64,000 nt of DNA, from positions 91,574,001 to 91,638,000 of the forward strand of contig OZ024747.1 in the NCBI GenBank assembly GCA_964016885.1, written 5' to 3'. Under the pieces are notes generated by a model, which was not told the DNA's origin, ran no database searches, and saw nothing but the letters and a program-made list of their open reading frames with translations. Positions 60,101 through 64,000 of this stretch are shown here, in pieces (within the stretch, counting starts at the first letter, position 1; the number at the start of each line of letters is the position of its first letter). The position numbers were made by a program, and so were the translations under genes. The stretch is from Eledone cirrhosa (taxonomy: Eukaryota).

Positions 60101-63100
60101 TCTCTCTGTATGTAATTATGTCTCTCTGAATGTATGTATGTCTCTCTGTATGTAAGTATGTCTCTGTGTATGTAAGTATGTCTCTCTGTATGTAAGTATG
60201 TCTCTCTGTATGTATGTATGTCTCTCTGTATGTAAGTATGTCTCTCTGTATGTATGTATGTCTCTCTGTATGTAAGTAAGTCTCTCTGTAAGTATGTATG
60301 TCTCTCTGTATGTAAGTATGTCTCTCTGTATGTATGTATGTCTCTCTGTATGTAAGTCTCTCTGTAAGTATGTCTCTCTGTATGTATGTCTCTCTGTATG
60401 TAAGTATGTCTCTCTGTATGTATGTCTCTCTTTATGTATGTCTCTCTGTCAGTACGTCTCTCAGTATGTAAGTATGTCTCTCTGTATGTAAGTATGTCTC
60501 TCTGTAAGTATGTCTCTCTGTATGTAAGTATGTCTCTCTGTAAGTATGTCTCTCTGTATGTAAGTATGTCTCTCTGTATGTATGTCTCTCTGTATGTAAG
60601 TATGTCTCTCTGTAAGTATGTCTCTCTGTATGTAGTATGTCTCTCTGTATGTATGTCTCTCTGTCTGTAAGTATGTCTCTCTGTAAGTATGTATGTCTCT
60701 CTGTATATAAGTATGTCTCTCTGTATGTAAGTATGTCTCTCTGTATGTAAGTATGTCTCTCTGTATGTAAGTATGTCTCTCTGTATGGAAGTATGTCTCT
60801 CTGTATGTATGTATGTCTCTCTCTGTGTAAGTATGTCTCTCTGTATGTAAGTATGTCTCTCTGTATGTAAGTATGTCTCTCTGTAAGTATGTCTCTCTGT
60901 ATGTAAGTCTCTCTGTATGTAAGTATATCTCTCTGTATATATGTCTCTCTGTATGTAAGTATGTCTCTCTGTATGTAAGTATGTCTCTCTGTATGTATGT
61001 ATGTCTCTCTGTATGTATGTCTCTCTGTATGTAAGAATGTCTCTCTGTATATAAGTAGGTCTCTCTGTATGTCTCTCTGTAAGTATGTCTCTCTGTATGT
61101 ATGTATGTCTCTATGTATGTAAGTATGTCTCTCTGTATGTAAGTATGTCTCTCTGTATGTAAGTATGTCTCTCTGTATGTAAGTATGTCTCTCTGTAAGT
61201 ATGTCTCTCTGTATGTAAGTATGTCCCTCTGTATATATGTATGTCTCTCTGTATGTAAGTATGTCTCTCTGTATGTAAGTTTGTCTCTCTGTATCTATGT
61301 ATGTCTCTCTGTGTGTAAGTATGTCTCTCTGTATGTAAGTATGTCTCTCTGTATGTAAGTATGTCTCTCTGTATGTAAGTATGTCTCTCTGTATGTAAGT
61401 ATGTCTCTCTCTGTCTGTAAGTATGTCTCTCTGTATGTAAGTATGTCTCTCTGTATGTAAGTATGTCTCTATGTATGCATGTCTCTCTGTATGTGAGTAT
61501 GTCTCTCTGTATGTAAGTATGTCTCTCTGTATGTAAGTATGTCTCACTGTATGTAAGTATGTCTCTCTGTATGTATGTCTCTCTGTATGTATGTCTCTTT
61601 GTATGTAAGAATGTCTCTCTGTATATAAGTAGGTCTCTCTGTATGTCTCTCTGTAAGTATGTCTCTCTGTATGTAAGTATGTCTCTCTGTATGTAAGTAT
61701 GTCTCTCTGTATGTAAGTACGTCTCTCTGTATGTAAGTATGTCTCTCTGTATGTAAGTATGTCTCTCTGTATGTATGTATGTCTCTCTGTATGTATGTCT
61801 CTCTGTATGTAAGAATGTCTATTTGTATATAAGTAGGTCTCTCTGTATGTCTCTCTGTATGTCTCTCTGTAAGTATGTCTCTCTGTATGTATGTATGTAA
61901 TTATGTCTCTCTGTATGTAAGTATGTCTCTCTGTATGTAAGTATGTCTCTCTGTATGTAAGTATGTCTCTCTGTATGTAAGTATGTCTCTCTGTATGTAA
62001 GTATTCCCTCTCTAAGTAAGTATGTCTCTCTGTATGTAAGTATATCTCTCTGTATGTAAGTATGTCTCTCTGTGTGTATGTATGTCTCTCTGTATGTATG
62101 TCTCTCTGTATGTATGTCTCTCTGTATGTATGTATGTCTCTATGTATGTAAGTATGTCTCTCTGTATGTAAGTATGTCTCTATGTGGGTAAGTATGTCTC
62201 TCTGTATGTAAGTATGTCTCTCTGTATGTATGTCTCTCTGTATGTAAGTATGTCTCTATGTGTGTAAGTATGTCTCTCTGTATGTAAGTATGTCCCTCTG
62301 TATGTATGTATGTCTCTCTGTATGTAAGTACGTCTCTCTGTATGTATGTCTCTCTGTATGTATGTATGTCTCTCTGTATGTATGTATGTCTCTATGTATG
62401 TAAGTATGTCTCTCTGTATGTAAGTATGTCTCTATGTGTGTAAGTATGTCTCTCTGTATGTAAGTATGTCTCTCTGTATGTATGTCTCTCTGTATGTAAG
62501 TATGTCTCTCTGTATGTAAGTAGGTCCCTCTGTATGTAAGTACGTCTCTCTGTATGTAAGTATGTCTCTCTGTATGTAAGTATGTCTCTATGTGGGTAAG
62601 TATGTCTCTCTGTATGTAAGTATGTCTCTCTGTATGTATGTCTCTCTGTATGTAAGTATGTCTCTATGTGTGTAAGTATGTCTCTCTGTATGTAAGTATG
62701 TCCCTCTGTATGTATGTATGTCTCTCTGTATGTAAGTACGTCTCTCTGTATGTATGTCTCTCTGTATGTATGTATGTCTCTCTGTATGTATGTATGTCTC
62801 TATGTATGTAAGTATGTCTCTCTGTATGTAAGTATGTCTCTATGTGTGTAAGTATGTCTCTCTGTATGTAAGTATGTCTCTCTGTATGTATGTCTCTCTG
62901 TATGTAAGTATGTCTCTCTGTATGTAAGTAGGTCCCTCTGTATGTAAGTACGTCTCTCTGTATGTAAGTATGTCTCTCTGTATGTAAGTATGTCTCTCTG
63001 TATGTATGTATGTCTCTCTGTATGTAAATATGTCTCTCTGTATGTAAGTATGTCTCTCTGTATGTATGTCTCTCTGTAAGTATGTCTCTCTGTATGTAAG

Positions 63101-64000
63101 TATGTCTCTATGTATGTATGTCTCTCTGTATGTAAGTATGTCTCTCTGTATATAAGTATGTCTCTCTGTATGTAAGTATGTCTCTCTGTATGTAAGTATG
63201 TCTCTCTGTATGTATGTCTCTCTGTATGTAAGTATGTCCCTCTGTATGTATGTATGTCTCTCTGTATGTAAGTACGTCTCTCTGTATGTATGTCTCTCTG
63301 TATGTATGTATGTCTCTCTGTATGTATGTATGTCTCTATGTATGTAAGTATGTCTCTCTGTATGTAAGTATGTCTCTATGTGTGTAAGTATGTCTCTCTG
63401 TATGTAAGTATGTCTCTCTGTATGTATGTCTCTCTGTATGTAAGTATGTCTCTCTGTATGTAAGTAGGTCCCTCTGTATGTAAGTACGTCTCTCTGTATG
63501 TAAGTATGTCTCTCTGTATGTAAGTATGTCTCTCTGTATGTATGTATGTCTCTCTGTATGTAAATATGTCTCTCTGTATGTAAGTATGTCTCTCTGTATG
63601 TATGTCTCTCTGTAAGTATGTCTCTCTGTATGTAAGTATGTCTCTATGTAAGTATGTCTCTCTGTATGTAAGTATGTCTCTCTGTATGTAAGTATGTCTC
63701 TCTGTATGTAAGTATGTTTCTCTGTAAGTACGTCTCTCTGTATGTAAGTATGTCTCTCTGTAAATATGTCTCTCTGTATGTAAGTATGTCTCTCTGTAAG
63801 TATGTCTCTCTGTATGTATGTATGTCTCTCTGTATGTATGTCTCTCTGTGTGTAAGTATGTCTCTCTGTGAGTATATCTCTCTGTATGTAAGTATGTCAT
63901 TCTGCATGTATGTCTCTCTGTATGTAAGTATGTCTCTCTGTATGTATGTATGTCTCTCTGTAAGTATGTCTCTCTGTATGTATATATGTCTCTCTGTATG
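54170..64000. repeat. Satellite array, 20-bp unit GTATGTAAGTATGTCTCTCT with 12/16-bp variants and higher-order repeats
   Basis: Direct reading; identical or near-identical ORF translations recur at offsets 1616 and 5784; array runs off the window end. Confidence 0.97.

Overview
Eukaryotic, AT- and microsatellite-rich, apparently non-genic DNA. The SINE families and the (TA)n/(CA)n load look like an octopus/coleoid cephalopod genome (inference). No intact host gene is supportable, and nearly all ORF-track entries are microsatellite translations. Real coding remnants: a Penelope-like element (PLE) reverse transcriptase of the Naiad type (18830-20089), an internally inverted PLE GIY-YIG endonuclease (43511-44083), a mariner transposase pseudogene, CR1/RTE LINE fragments and a probable decayed LRR gene. 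SINEs, MITEs, a Helitron end and a ~10 kb 20-bp satellite with higher-order repeats are also present. The main discovery is a dense set of type I hammerhead ribozymes (HHRs) in small elements sitting in (TA)n tracts: 8 with an intact CUGANGA/GAAA core, about 5 variant or decayed, and several half-ribozymes. Many have palindromic stem III and show covariation between copies. Several TA-embedded palindromic insertions fold back exactly at an HHR hairpin (stem II or III), suggesting a cDNA snap-back mechanism in a TA-targeting PLE/ribozyme system that also appears to invert-duplicate neighbouring DNA. All structures were read by eye; coordinates may be off by a few bases and family names need database confirmation.
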